This document shows, one piece after another, positions 1 through 9,734 of a DNA stretch of 64,000 bases; position 1 is the first letter of the stretch, and each line of letters opens with the position of its first letter. Where the stretch lies: NCBI GenBank assembly GCA_013388835.1, contig JACAEL010000038.1, positions 171-64,170 of the forward strand, read 5' to 3'. The stretch comes from Candidatus Thorarchaeota archaeon. Lineage in GTDB: Archaea > Asgardarchaeota > Thorarchaeia > Thorarchaeales > Thorarchaeaceae. The notes below the pieces were generated by a model, which was not told the DNA's origin, made no database searches, and saw only the letters and a program-made list of their open reading frames with translations. The position numbers and the translations under genes were made by a program.

Positions 1-126
1 GTGAGCAGACCGAGCTGGGACACACTTCTCAGAGTGGCCTCCAGAATAGTCAACGAGGTCAAGGGTATCAATCGAGTGACCTATGACCTCACGAGCAAGC
101 CGCCCGGCACGATCGAGTGGTACTAG
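1..126 (+). CDS. 3' end of an upstream gene (C-terminal 41 codons, ...[31 protein letters not shown]); product not recognised
   Basis: Open frame 1 runs from the window edge to TAG at 124-126. The next gene starts 47 bp downstream. Confidence 0.3.
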   Translation: MSRPSWDTLLRVASRIVNEVKGINRVTYDLTSKPPGTIEWY

Positions 127-172
127 ACATCAACAGCAAGTATAAGCGGGACGCTGTAGGGGTTTCCACAAG

Positions 173-1318
173 ATGCGCGGCCGTCTTGTATATCCGTTTT
201 CCGAAGAGCTACTCGCCTACGAGTTCAGTCCGACACATCCTCTCAAGCCGGACAGACTGAGGTTGACCTACGAGTTGTCTGAGAGGATGGGCCTGCTTGA
301 CGAGGTCAGACTTGTCCAACCAGTACCAGCCACACGAGACGAACTCGAGATGTTCCATTCACCCGACTTCGTAGATGCAGTCATGGACAGTTCCAATTCA
401 TCCCGGATAGATGCGTATCACGGGCTCGGAACAGCTGACAACCCCGTCTTCCCGGGCATCTACGAGGCGGCGACCAAGTACGTGGGCGCGACGCTTGATG
501 GTGCGAGAGAGATTGTCAAGGGAGCATCAAACGCGTTCGTGATCTCGGGAGGACTCCACCATGCTCAGCGTAGCGAGGCATCCGGCTTCTGCATATTCAA
601 CGATGTGGTTCTTGCGATAATGCTGATTCAGAAGAAGACACCCTGCCGCGTCCTCTATTACGACTTCGATGCGCATCACGGTGATGGTGTTCAGAACGCG
701 TTCTACAGGTCCAAGGACGTGCTGACTATCTCGACCCACCAGACAGGGAAGACCCTGTTTCCAGGCACTGGCTTCGTCTACGAGACCGGTGGAGGAGAGG
801 GCACGGGTTACTCGGTCAACATTCCACTGCTACCGGGCTCAGGGTCACCAGAGCTGATAAAGTCGTTCGAGGAAGTTGTGGTGCCACTCTTTGAGAGCTA
901 CAGACCCGACCTGCTTGTCACTCAGCTTGGCGTGGACGGCCACTACATGGACCCGCTTGCCAACCTAGCATTCACCACACATGGATACGAGCATGTCCTC
1001 ACAAGACTCCGCGACCTGTCAAACAGTATCTGCAGACTGGGCTGGCTGGCACTTGGAGGAGGTGGCTATCACATCCTGAACGTAGCCCGTCTATGGACGC
1101 TCTTTCTGGCCATAATGCTTGACAGGAAGGTAGACGAGCAGTTGCCGATGGACATGGTGGAAGCGTGCAGCAAGATGCATCAGCGGTGTCCGACCACCAT
1201 GCGGGACCACGACAGGGTCGTTCAGATGTACTTGGACAGGGCAGAAGTGGAGCTGGATCTCGAACGCACACTGAGAAGAGTGAAAGAGCTTGTGTTTCCG
1301 TATCACGGACTGGCCTAG
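173..1318 (+). CDS. Histone deacetylase / acetoin-utilisation AcuC family deacetylase
   Basis: 381-aa ORF with class I HDAC/AcuC signatures (GGLHHAQRSEASGFCIFND, YYDFDAHHGDGVQNAFY, GGGGY). Confidence 0.85.
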   Translation: MRGRLVYPFSEELLAYEFSPTHPLKPDRLRLTYELSERMGLLDEVRLVQPVPATRDELEMFHSPDFVDAVMDSSNSSRIDAYHGLGTADNPVFPGIYEAATKYVGATLDGAREIVKGASNAFVISGGLHHAQRSEASGFCIFNDVVLAIMLIQKKTPCRVLYYDFDAHHGDGVQNAFYRSKDVLTISTHQTGKTLFPGTGFVYETGGGEGTGYSVNIPLLPGSGSPELIKSFEEVVVPLFESYRPDLLVTQLGVDGHYMDPLANLAFTTHGYEHVLTRLRDLSNSICRLGWLALGGGGYHILNVARLWTLFLAIMLDRKVDEQLPMDMVEACSKMHQRCPTTMRDHDRVVQMYLDRAEVELDLERTLRRVKELVFPYHGLA

Positions 1319-1980
1319 TGTCGTTCAGCCTCAGCACACCCGGACGTGACCAAGTCAATCCACCGCTTGACAATCCGGGTCACAAGGTCGGACGCCGCAG
1401 CGACTATCAGTGAGTCAGCATCCTCCGCAAGGAGAGAAGAAGGGTCGATGCCAGACCTCGCCATCCGCCAGAGGGGAGGAAAGCACATGAGACCTAGTGC
1501 CTCGAATATTGACTCTGAGTCATTGCCAGCAACTTGGAGTCTGGTGCCAAGCGCATCAACTGGGGAGAGCTTCGAGTCGGCATCCAGCAACTGCGAGAAG
1601 GTATCCATGTCAGCGCTCATGACGACATCTGGATCCACGCAATCGTCATACACCTTGGGCTTGGAGTCTTCAAATGCGATCGATACCACCTCGCCTGTGT
1701 CGGTCGCACGAAAACAGACAGTCAAGTTCGCGTACGAGATGCTCGGCGCATCAAGTATCTCCTCAATCTCTTCTTCGGACATCTCCTTGAGCGCGTAAAG
1801 CTTGTCCACACTTGCTCGTAGAGCAGCTCTGCATCCGTCAACGACTGGAGCCAGATACTCCATGATCATGTATCTGTCCTCGCTGATCTCACGTCCAATG
1901 ACGCTGAGCTTCTGCTCCAGTGTCTTGGGAACCTCGGGTCGTTTCAACTGACATCTGGTACTAGCTCGGCGCAATCCCAT
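1315..1980 (-). CDS. Hypothetical protein, possible SCP2-like C-terminal region; start uncertain (ORF open to 2103)
   Basis: Long minus-strand ORF ending 4 bp inside the stop of the HDAC gene. The first plausible Met (MGLRRAS) is at 1980. The acidic/hydrophobic C-terminal pattern resembles a lipid-carrier fold only weakly. Confidence 0.35.
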   Translation of the reverse strand: MGLRRASTRCQLKRPEVPKTLEQKLSVIGREISEDRYMIMEYLAPVVDGCRAALRASVDKLYALKEMSEEEIEEILDAPSISYANLTVCFRATDTGEVVSIAFEDSKPKVYDDCVDPDVVMSADMDTFSQLLDADSKLSPVDALGTRLQVAGNDSESIFEALGLMCFPPLWRMARSGIDPSSLLAEDADSLIVAAASDLVTRIVKRWIDLVTSGCAEAERH

Positions 1981-2223
1981 ATAGAGGTGATGATGAGTGA
2001 GGAGAAGGCAGAGCCTGTGCAGATAGTCCCACATTGTGAGCACAAGTGCGTGATGTCGAGTCATGCTACGCGGAGCAACAGCACACTGACCGTCGTCCTC
2101 CACGCATCTCGTCGTTCGCGCACGGTTGTGGGCAGTCTGCGTCGCTCAACCTTCACGTCAAGATACGCCCCCATGCAGTCATCGCCACAGAAGAAGTGAA
2201 AAGCGACAGGGCCTACTGCATGC

Positions 2224-2982
2224 ATGTGCTCACTGATGACGATAGACATCCATACACACCTAGGACCTGATAGGATGTCCATGAGCAGTATCAAGGCGGC
2301 TCAACTTGACCAAGAAGTCGACAAGCTGATTCAGGACATGGACACGAATGGCATTCAGAGGGCTGTCCTGAGCCCCTTCGGACAGGTGACCACAGACTTA
2401 TGCCTTGAGGCGGTCAGGATGTCCCCCGACCGACTGGCGACAGCGTGTAGAGTGATGCCAAGACCAGTCGATGTGGCAGAGGAGCAGATCAAGAAATACG
2501 CAGATGCTGGATGCGTGGCGCTGTCGCTTGATGACCAAGACTACTATCCACAAGACCCAGCAGCCCAGCTACTAGTCAAGAACGCAGTTGATAGAGGGCT
2601 TCCAGTCTTCATTCACACTTACAATGCAACCACTGAGACATATGCATTCATTGACCGATTGTCGCTCGTGCATCAGGATGGGAGGTTCATGGTCAGTCAC
2701 ATGGGTGGGTTGTTTGGGTTCTCCAAGGTGCTTCCTCTGTGTGCGCGCGACAATGTATGGATGGAGATATCCGTGACACTTCCGCGGCTTGTGGAGTCTC
2801 CTCTGAGAGTATACCTTGATGCGTTAGCTCAGGACCTCGGGGTCCGCAGACTTGTGTTCGGGTCTGAGAACCGGTCGGACTATGAAGACATACTTGCTTC
2901 GCTGAACATGCTGGACATCAACGTGGAGATGAGCAGGTGCATACTGGACAGCAACGCACAGACAATCCTGAAGACGCGCTGA
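2224..2982 (+). CDS. Amidohydrolase-2-like TIM-barrel metal-dependent hydrolase
   Basis: N-terminal IDIHTHLGP metal-binding motif; length 252 aa; later HxH/D pattern typical of the PF04909-like family. Confidence 0.55.
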   Translation: MCSLMTIDIHTHLGPDRMSMSSIKAAQLDQEVDKLIQDMDTNGIQRAVLSPFGQVTTDLCLEAVRMSPDRLATACRVMPRPVDVAEEQIKKYADAGCVALSLDDQDYYPQDPAAQLLVKNAVDRGLPVFIHTYNATTETYAFIDRLSLVHQDGRFMVSHMGGLFGFSKVLPLCARDNVWMEISVTLPRLVESPLRVYLDALAQDLGVRRLVFGSENRSDYEDILASLNMLDINVEMSRCILDSNAQTILKTR

Positions 2983-3140
2983 GTAGATCATGTACCGGTG
3001 TCATCGAACTCACACACAACCAGTCCGAGCCACCTGTACTCAGAGGACCACGCGACGTCATTGCTTTGACTAGACCGTGAAGGACCGGAATGCACCGGGA
3101 CGGCTCCAATCTGCATCACCGTCTATGGAGATTGAACCTT

Positions 3141-3563
3141 TCACTTCCGTGTGTCACTCTTGTGAATCATCGCGCAAGACTGGTTCAGATAGGATGCGCT
3201 AAGGAATCGTTCCATCTCATCGACTTCCACCAGTCCAATGAGAGAGAGAGGCCCAGCCCTCACAGTAGGCAGGCGCTCGATGTCATCGGTGCCCAACTCT
3301 GAAGAGTAGTCCTCAACATACTTCTCGACGATGTCAACACCGCAGCTGTAGGCCTCCATGCGTTGAGCTGCACTCTTCAGCGTCTGGAGAGTCTGATGAC
3401 AGATTGGGCAGCTTTCGCTCATGTAGATGATGACTCTGAAACGATAGCTGTCCAAAGGTGCATTACGGGTGTCAGTCACGACGTGTACCACGTCACCTCC
3501 CGCCGAGCGCACCTGAGTCAGCTCCTTGCTTTGCTCTCGGATGAAGGCAATCTCGCGAGCCAC
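3141..3563 (-). CDS. Thioredoxin/glutaredoxin-fold protein with CPxC motif
   Basis: 140-aa ORF containing YMSESCPICHQTL (CPIC redox motif) in a thioredoxin-like context. Confidence 0.45.
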   Translation of the reverse strand: MAREIAFIREQSKELTQVRSAGGDVVHVVTDTRNAPLDSYRFRVIIYMSESCPICHQTLQTLKSAAQRMEAYSCGVDIVEKYVEDYSSELGTDDIERLPTVRAGPLSLIGLVEVDEMERFLSASYLNQSCAMIHKSDTRK

Positions 3564-3617
3564 CTCTCATCTCTTCTCTTCTGTGCGAAAGCAGCCCAGC
3601 ATCGACTCCCACGCAGT

Positions 3618-3914
3618 CTACTCTGCAAACACTGGAGGCTTCAGCCTCACCTCATCGCGCACAGTGTCCACTGCTCTAAGTGGGATGGCCTCCCAGCTGG
3701 CAATCTTGGACGCGTCATGATTCCTCTCCACTATGACGAGGGGTCCTTCAGCAGTATCATACCAGAGCTTCTTCACACGCCCTATCGGGAAGCCCCTGAA
3801 GTCGCAGACGATCTTGTCCTTCAACAGCCACTTGATTCTATCAGAGTCCATATGTTTGACCTGAGCATCGGGTGGGCTCCTGATACAAGAGACTGAGTAT
3901 GTTGATGGTATCAC
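3618..3914 (-). CDS. Hypothetical small protein (98 aa)
   Basis: ORF spacing fits between neighbouring minus-strand genes; no recognisable motif. Confidence 0.3.
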   Translation of the reverse strand: MIPSTYSVSCIRSPPDAQVKHMDSDRIKWLLKDKIVCDFRGFPIGRVKKLWYDTAEGPLVIVERNHDASKIASWEAIPLRAVDTVRDEVRLKPPVFAE

Positions 3915-3932
3915 AGACTCAAGGTGCGACTA

Positions 3933-4466
3933 TCACAGAATCAGTGGGATCACCTTGTACATACAGTCGAGGACAAATCCCATCACAAATGGAAAGCCCA
4001 TCCACACGAGATAGTTTCCCACCGGTGCGGTGAACCTGTTGAACTGCGGAGGAACGAAACTGAAGAACCCGTTGTCGACGGGCTTCCACAGCCAGAGCCC
4101 AATCTGCCTGCTAAAGACTGGCTCAATTGCAACGAAGTCAACAAGGAATCCGAGCGTCCCGGCGAAGACCAGCGCTGCTGCATCGCCCAGTCCCAACCAC
4201 AGACCTGCAAGGTGACAGGATTGGCATACAAAGACCCACATGAACGGAATGTATACGGGCACACGACCTATGAAGAGGCCGTTGGTCGGCGTGTAGTGGT
4301 AGTAGCCCTTTCCGGAGACATAATGCTCACCCGCAAGTCCGATTGCTAGAATCATCACCGTCTGTGGTACAATGAACACCCCTCGCAAGTACCACAGAGT
4401 ATGTGCCGTGAATGCAGAAAGCACGACGAATAGCGTGACAGCTAGGAAACCAATCGTTCGTGACAA
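3933..4466 (-). CDS. Integral membrane protein (about 5 TM helices), unknown function
   Basis: 177-aa ORF dominated by hydrophobic segments (FLAVTLFVVLSAF, VMILAIGLAG, FMWVFVCQSCHLAGLWLGLG, VWMGFPFVMGFVL). Confidence 0.5.
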   Translation of the reverse strand: MSRTIGFLAVTLFVVLSAFTAHTLWYLRGVFIVPQTVMILAIGLAGEHYVSGKGYYHYTPTNGLFIGRVPVYIPFMWVFVCQSCHLAGLWLGLGDAAALVFAGTLGFLVDFVAIEPVFSRQIGLWLWKPVDNGFFSFVPPQFNRFTAPVGNYLVWMGFPFVMGFVLDCMYKVIPLIL

Positions 4467-4471
4467 TCAGT

Positions 4472-4798
4472 CTACTCCCTCTTCTTCAGTCTTCTACCTG
4501 CCGAAGAGATGGCGTCACGTACTCGTTCTGAACGCTCGATGAGCTTCACAACGTAGCTTCGTCCAACCTTGTGCTTGAGCACTGTCTGGGCACGAAGTGT
4601 GTCCTGTATCTCGAGTATCGTGGCGACCACCTTGTCGACAGTGCGGCGGTCGATCCCAGTCTTTCGTGCTATCGCAGCTATCGACAGCGATGCGTCCTCA
4701 CCCAGATCCTTCAGCACCTTGAGGACTTCCCTCATTGCATCCGGAAACGCCATGCGCGGCTCTGGCGGTACGACTGGAATCGACATGGTATATCGCAT
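4472..4798 (-). CDS. Winged-helix transcriptional regulator (archaeal HTH family)
   Basis: 108 aa. The HTH-like segment LSIAAIARKTGIDRRTVDKVV is followed by a basic wing and C-terminal helix. Confidence 0.5.
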   Translation of the reverse strand: MRYTMSIPVVPPEPRMAFPDAMREVLKVLKDLGEDASLSIAAIARKTGIDRRTVDKVVATILEIQDTLRAQTVLKHKVGRSYVVKLIERSERVRDAISSAGRRLKKRE

Positions 4799-4993
4799 AT
4801 CTCAAGCGTATCAGAGCATATATACATTACTGTGTACACATTATTATCGCAGTATTACTGTGTACATGTAGAGGGGACGCAGTCGATTTCCCTTACGTGG
4901 CCCCAATTACCGATCACGGTTCTAGCCGGGCTTCAGAGCCAGTTAAAGCTAGCTACAATGAATGGTAATGACAGAGTGTCTGTCACACGACCG

Positions 4994-5758
4994 TCAGAAG
5001 GCCAGCCAACCGCCATCGACGGCTAGGATGTGCCCGGTTATGTAACGGGCATCGTCGCTTGCAAGGAAACAGACAGCACCACGAATCCACTCGGTCTCAG
5101 CGAGCGTTGGGAGAGCGGTCCTTGGACGTATGACCTGCTCTCGAATCTCGTCACTTGCGAATGCCTCCCTGGACATTGGCGTCGGAAAGAAGCCGGGAGC
5201 AATACCGTTCACGCGTATACCATACTGCCCAAGCTCGATTGCAAGAGCCTTTGTCATCGTGATGAGCCCACCCTTGGCGGCGTAGTAGCCCACTTCTGTG
5301 AACCTGGTTCCCCCGTAACCAAATACGGAGGCGATGTTGATAATCGATCCTGACCGTTTCGGTATCATTATCCGGGCAGCCTCACGGGAGGCAAGGAAGG
5401 CAGAGGTGAGATTCACATCTATGACAGTCCTCCAGTCCTCCAGTGTCTGTTCGACCAACGGCTTGACAATGAACATGCCTGCGTTGTTGACCAGAATGTC
5501 GACCGTCCCGAGCTTGTTAACGCAGCAGTTGACCATCTCACGGATATCAGACTCACGTGTGACATCTGTCACAAGTGGGATTGCCTTGACACCATAGCGG
5601 CTCTCGAGCCTGCCTGCTAGGTTCTCGAGCAGTGTCCTTCTTCTTGCAGCCAAGACAATGTTCGCTCCAGACTCTGCCAGGGCGATGGAGAACTGCTCAC
5701 CCAGACCGGCGGATGCTCCAGTCACTATAGCAGCCTTTCCTGCCAGGTTGTAACTCAT
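4994..5758 (-). CDS. SDR-family oxidoreductase (3-oxoacyl-ACP reductase-like)
   Basis: TGASAGLGE Rossmann motif, NNAG, catalytic YxxxK (YYAAKGG), 254 aa. Confidence 0.85.
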   Translation of the reverse strand: MSYNLAGKAAIVTGASAGLGEQFSIALAESGANIVLAARRRTLLENLAGRLESRYGVKAIPLVTDVTRESDIREMVNCCVNKLGTVDILVNNAGMFIVKPLVEQTLEDWRTVIDVNLTSAFLASREAARIMIPKRSGSIINIASVFGYGGTRFTEVGYYAAKGGLITMTKALAIELGQYGIRVNGIAPGFFPTPMSREAFASDEIREQVIRPRTALPTLAETEWIRGAVCFLASDDARYITGHILAVDGGWLAF

Positions 5759-6135
5759 CTCAACAACCCAGCCAACACAAATGAAATGAGCTGATAAGAC
5801 TGCTGCTCAGAGACTCGTGAGCGCGTCGCACCAAGCACTCGTGGCAGAGTCAAGACTACGCATGGACCGGTCGTTGGCGATTGACAGGACATGATGTATT
5901 GATGTTGTCAGGCTTCTGCTGAACATAGGAGTCTGTCGGTCTCAGAGGACTCAACTGGTCCCACTCCAGTTCCAGAGGTCAGTTGAAGTCTGGAGCCAAT
6001 TTCGGTTGGTCCGTGTCCAGATGACGTTACACGAGCAGGAAGCAGTGTGCAGAGTGAGCAAGACACATGTTATCACACGAGACTCTGCAGACACCAACGT
6101 CCCATGTCCTCGGCGAACCATCAACGGGGAATGTC

Positions 6136-6714
6136 TCACTGGTCAGACTTGGGCTCTTCATATCCCCAGTCCATGACAACTCGGTCGCCGGTCGGCAAGA
6201 ATGCGCCCGGCAGGAGGTAACCAATGAGGCCCATCAGAAGACCAGCGATATTCATGGATCCGCCAAGAACAATGTATGTGCGTGAGTCGCTCTCCTGCTT
6301 GTAACTCACGTCACACCAGTCAGCCCCGGACATTCGGTCCAGCGTCACAGTGTAGAGGCCAGGTTCCAGAGGCATGACTTGCCGCTGTTGATAGACTGGC
6401 GGATTGGTGTTCGGTATCTTGTCGTCAACAGTCAGTGTCATGTTCAGTGTTCTGACCTCCAGGGTCTGATTGTTGACCACCGTAAAGTCGACAAGTATGA
6501 CCGAGGCATTCTCAGCCTTCACGGTAACTCCAATCTCAAGCTGAGGGTAATAACCGGGAGAGTTGTACATCTCGAAGTCAGACACGTCGCCCTCGGTGAC
6601 CACATAACCAACATAATGATAGGGTGCCATGAGGACGATGATGCCACCTATTATTATGACTGCAGCACCGCCAAAGTAGAAGAAGGCCTTCCTGACCAGC
6701 CAACCCTTCGCCAT
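6136..6714 (-). CDS. N-terminally membrane-anchored hypothetical protein with extracellular beta-rich domain
   Basis: 192 aa. A single N-terminal TM (FFYFGGAAVIIIGGIIVLMAP) is followed by a region rich in V, T and N. Confidence 0.45.
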   Translation of the reverse strand: MAKGWLVRKAFFYFGGAAVIIIGGIIVLMAPYHYVGYVVTEGDVSDFEMYNSPGYYPQLEIGVTVKAENASVILVDFTVVNNQTLEVRTLNMTLTVDDKIPNTNPPVYQQRQVMPLEPGLYTVTLDRMSGADWCDVSYKQESDSRTYIVLGGSMNIAGLLMGLIGYLLPGAFLPTGDRVVMDWGYEEPKSDQ

Positions 6715-6930
6715 CAGTCACACTCGTTAGCGACATCGCCTGCGGAGCAATATAGATGTAACGAACAGCGCCTGCCCTCACTGACTCAATGCCCTCCGAC
6801 CTCTCGCCCATACCCGCTGGAGTCGCAGGGCGCAGACCTGTCAGAGCGCAGCCTGTTGCTGAAGCGGCCTGAAGCAGAATAGATACATCGGAGCAATGCC
6901 TATTTTTCCGCCGACCATGAGTAGAGTGGA

Positions 6931-7392
6931 TTGCCCGTACAGAACCCCCTGACTCCGCTTCTCAGACTGGCCCTGCAGACGGCCAAGACTCAGTACGAGT
7001 CATACATCGACGCGATGAGCAAGATAGAGAACGGGGAGCTGAGGAGCCTGTATCAGAGACTGGCCGAGTCTGAAGCCGCAATAGTCGCGAAGATACAGCA
7101 CATGATGATCACGGGAGTCCTCGACGAGATAGAAGAGCTTGAGTCGTGGAAGGACGAACTCTTCACACCTGATCTTAATTTCTCCAATCGTGGACGGGAG
7201 GAAGCTGACTCACGGGCAGACATCTGTGACAGGGTACTACAGAGGAGTATCAGCTCGTGCTCGCTCTATATGCAGATGGCCTCAAGGGCAAACTCAGAGC
7301 TTCTCAGCCGGGTCTGCAAGTACCTGGCATACCTGAAGATGTGGCAGATTGCGGAGCTGATGAGTATGCGTCAGTCGCTAGGACTCGCTTGA
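6931..7392 (+). CDS. Hypothetical helical protein (possible four-helix-bundle)
   Basis: 153-aa ORF with heptad-like charged/hydrophobic pattern; start may be an internal Met (MSKIENG). Confidence 0.35.
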   Translation: MPVQNPLTPLLRLALQTAKTQYESYIDAMSKIENGELRSLYQRLAESEAAIVAKIQHMMITGVLDEIEELESWKDELFTPDLNFSNRGREEADSRADICDRVLQRSISSCSLYMQMASRANSELLSRVCKYLAYLKMWQIAELMSMRQSLGLA

Positions 7393-7614
7393 CGGACGCG
7401 ACAGCTAAGGGACTCATAGTAGGCCCCCCAATGCACATTGCATAGCAGACTGACCGGGGGCTGTCTGCATCAAGCCCACGGCCCTGCTCGAGCATGGTCG
7501 CGAACGCCGATGCTTGTGACCCTTGGCGATGACGCCGACTATGGTTGGACCTGCTTCAATACGGTCGGAGACACAGGCAGCACGACATGCGGAGAGTCTT
7601 TAGGCACAGAGAAC

Positions 7615-7968
7615 TCACTTCGCGTTCTTTGCCCATATGACAATGGTGACGACGAACAACACGTCGCCCGTCAGGACCAGCAGCCCCCCGGCCGCTGCAT
7701 TGAAGACAAGAGAAGCTATCGGGCCAGCTCCCTGCAACAGGGCCAGTATGCACCCAACAATCACCAAGACTCTGTTGCGCATGAACAGCCCGACCAACAA
7801 AGGCACGGAGAGCGCTGCCATCAGCAGGAGATACACCTCAGGACTGGAGACGCTCATGGCAAGAACGAGGTTACCCATGTAATAGAAGAACAGACCGAAG
7901 ATCGGAATCACGCGAAGGTACTTGCTAAGATCCACCATATTCTTCCCTGTCAACACGACGCCGTGCAT
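7615..7968 (-). CDS. Small membrane protein (3-4 TM)
   Basis: 117 aa, highly hydrophobic (IPIFGLFFYYMGNLVLAMSV, LLLMAALSVPLLVGLF, LVIVGCILALL). Confidence 0.4.
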   Translation of the reverse strand: MHGVVLTGKNMVDLSKYLRVIPIFGLFFYYMGNLVLAMSVSSPEVYLLLMAALSVPLLVGLFMRNRVLVIVGCILALLQGAGPIASLVFNAAAGGLLVLTGDVLFVVTIVIWAKNAK

Positions 7969-8044
7969 CCGTCTTAAAGATTAACCCATATGCAGGTGCG
8001 AGTTCTCTGACCGCAGGCTTTAAAACCGGGACTGAGAGCGGAAC

Positions 8045-8467
8045 ATGGCAGAACTGACGGAGCTCCGAATCATGGCCTACATGTTCTATGTCATGTTGAT
8101 ACCGATTGCTCTCATACTATTCACCTTCCTTGCTTTCTACATCACGTCGGAGGGTTCCAAGTGGCAGAAGCATCGGTTCCTGGGTGTCTTTGCACGATTC
8201 ATTCAGGCATCCCCAAAGAGGAGGTTCTTGGTCTTTCTCATGCTCCTGTTGTTGATGGTTCCAGCGATGCTTGGGGTGTTGGCAGGGTTTTGGTACGATG
8301 TGGTGATGGCAAATGAAGTGCCTTCCAACACCACACCAGTAGTCAACACACTGCTGCTCATCTTCCTGTTCGCTGCTGTGATGCTCCCTGTCATGTGGTC
8401 CCACTTCAGGATGTGGCGTCAAGCAGTCAGAAGTGCCGCGGAAGTCAGGATCAAAGCAGCCCAATAG
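8045..8467 (+). CDS. Small membrane protein (4 TM)
   Basis: 140 aa with four hydrophobic helices; the Phe-rich ORF on the minus strand at the same place is rejected. Confidence 0.45.
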   Translation: MAELTELRIMAYMFYVMLIPIALILFTFLAFYITSEGSKWQKHRFLGVFARFIQASPKRRFLVFLMLLLLMVPAMLGVLAGFWYDVVMANEVPSNTTPVVNTLLLIFLFAAVMLPVMWSHFRMWRQAVRSAAEVRIKAAQ

Positions 8468-8712
8468 GCTGCACGGTTGACGGCGATCATTCCGCGGGTG
8501 ATGCACGGGTCTGCGACGGACAGACCGTGCTTGCCACAGGAGTAGTCTGGTTCTCACGAGACCGCACTGCTGTCAGTCCTTAACGCTCTCTGAGGCATTC
8601 AGTTGACCTAGGCTCAATGGTCCCTCACCGGAGTTTGTAAGACACCTACAGCAGTTTCACATCTGTCGGACCACTGAGCATTCGCTGCAGCACTTCCGAA
8701 GCCAGCACTGAG

Positions 8713-9636
8713 GTGTCGATAGCAGTGAGATATGTAGACCACGGAGACGGCCTCTTCACAGTCGTGGGCGGCGCATTCCCCCTCTGCAACACCCAAGTGA
8801 TCGACTCCGGCGAACTGAGTGTCATCGACCCCGGTTGTGCCATAGAAGACCTCAGAGCATTCCTGAGGAGTCGAGGGCGCGAGCTTCGCGACGTGAAGAA
8901 TGTCATGCTCTCGCATATCCACCCCGACCACATAACACATGCAGTACGACTTGAACGCCTTTCCAGATGTAGGATAGTCGCAAACGAGATCACAGCGCCA
9001 TTGTTCAACGACAAGGAGAAGATGAAGGTCTTCCTGGGATTCCACCCCGGCCATCCTGTACGGGAGCACTGGGAGAGGCTCGTCAATGACAGGATGTACG
9101 GTGCACTGGAAGAAGGAAGAGTTGGAGAGGTCGTTTCTGATGGTGACAGGATAGCCCTTGGCGATGTCACACTCAGAATGCTCAGCACTCCGGGCCACAC
9201 AGCAGACCACATGTGCATCGAAGTGGTCGAAACCAAGACCATGATTGCCGCGGACATTGACTGCACAGAGTTCGGTCCGTACTATGGCCACCCGACTTCA
9301 TCCATACCATCGTTTAGGGATTCCATAAGAAGACTTCACGCAATGGACATCTCCAAGTTCCTGAGTGGTCATGCGACACAGGTCGAGATTAGGGACCATC
9401 GTCAGGCATTGGAGGCCTACGACCGCCAATTCGACATTCGAGAGGACCTCGTTCTAAACGCAGTCGTGAGCGGAGCAAAGTCGCTGGACGATATCGTCTC
9501 GGACCCCATAGTATACCCATCCCTGTCCAACGTTGTGTTTCTTCAGTTCGAACGGTGGATGATTGAGCATCATGTCAAGTCCCTGATCACCAAAGGACTA
9601 CTGAGAGAAGACAGGGGAGTCCTCAAAGCCACATAG
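8713..9636 (+). CDS. MBL-fold metallo-hydrolase
   Basis: HxHxDH motif (LSHIHPDHITHAV), downstream His (TPGHTADH), 307 aa. Confidence 0.75.
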   Translation: MSIAVRYVDHGDGLFTVVGGAFPLCNTQVIDSGELSVIDPGCAIEDLRAFLRSRGRELRDVKNVMLSHIHPDHITHAVRLERLSRCRIVANEITAPLFNDKEKMKVFLGFHPGHPVREHWERLVNDRMYGALEEGRVGEVVSDGDRIALGDVTLRMLSTPGHTADHMCIEVVETKTMIAADIDCTEFGPYYGHPTSSIPSFRDSIRRLHAMDISKFLSGHATQVEIRDHRQALEAYDRQFDIREDLVLNAVVSGAKSLDDIVSDPIVYPSLSNVVFLQFERWMIEHHVKSLITKGLLREDRGVLKAT

Positions 9637-9734
9637 CGACTCGCAGCAGTGGCTGACCTTGTAGCCACACGCAATACTCCATATGCTGTCCGTGCGTTAC
9701 AACAACAGACCTGAGAGAAGACAGGTGTGATTGA

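Noticed and set aside
1346-1821. Plus-strand ORFs (150 and 95 aa) overlapping the minus-strand gene 1315-1980
   Set aside because: Ser/Ala-rich low-complexity translation, typical of a non-coding frame.
7438-7977. 179-aa plus-strand ORF (His/Gln/Asp-rich) overlapping small membrane protein gene 7615-7968 on the other strand
   Set aside because: Low-complexity polar composition with no TM or domain pattern; the hydrophobic minus-strand frame is the more protein-like reading.
8614-9291. Two long minus-strand ORFs (225 and 206 aa) antisense to the MBL-fold hydrolase gene
   Set aside because: They lie fully inside a plus-strand gene with clear HxHxDH motifs, and they have Cys/Ser-rich low-complexity composition typical of antisense frames in GC-rich DNA.
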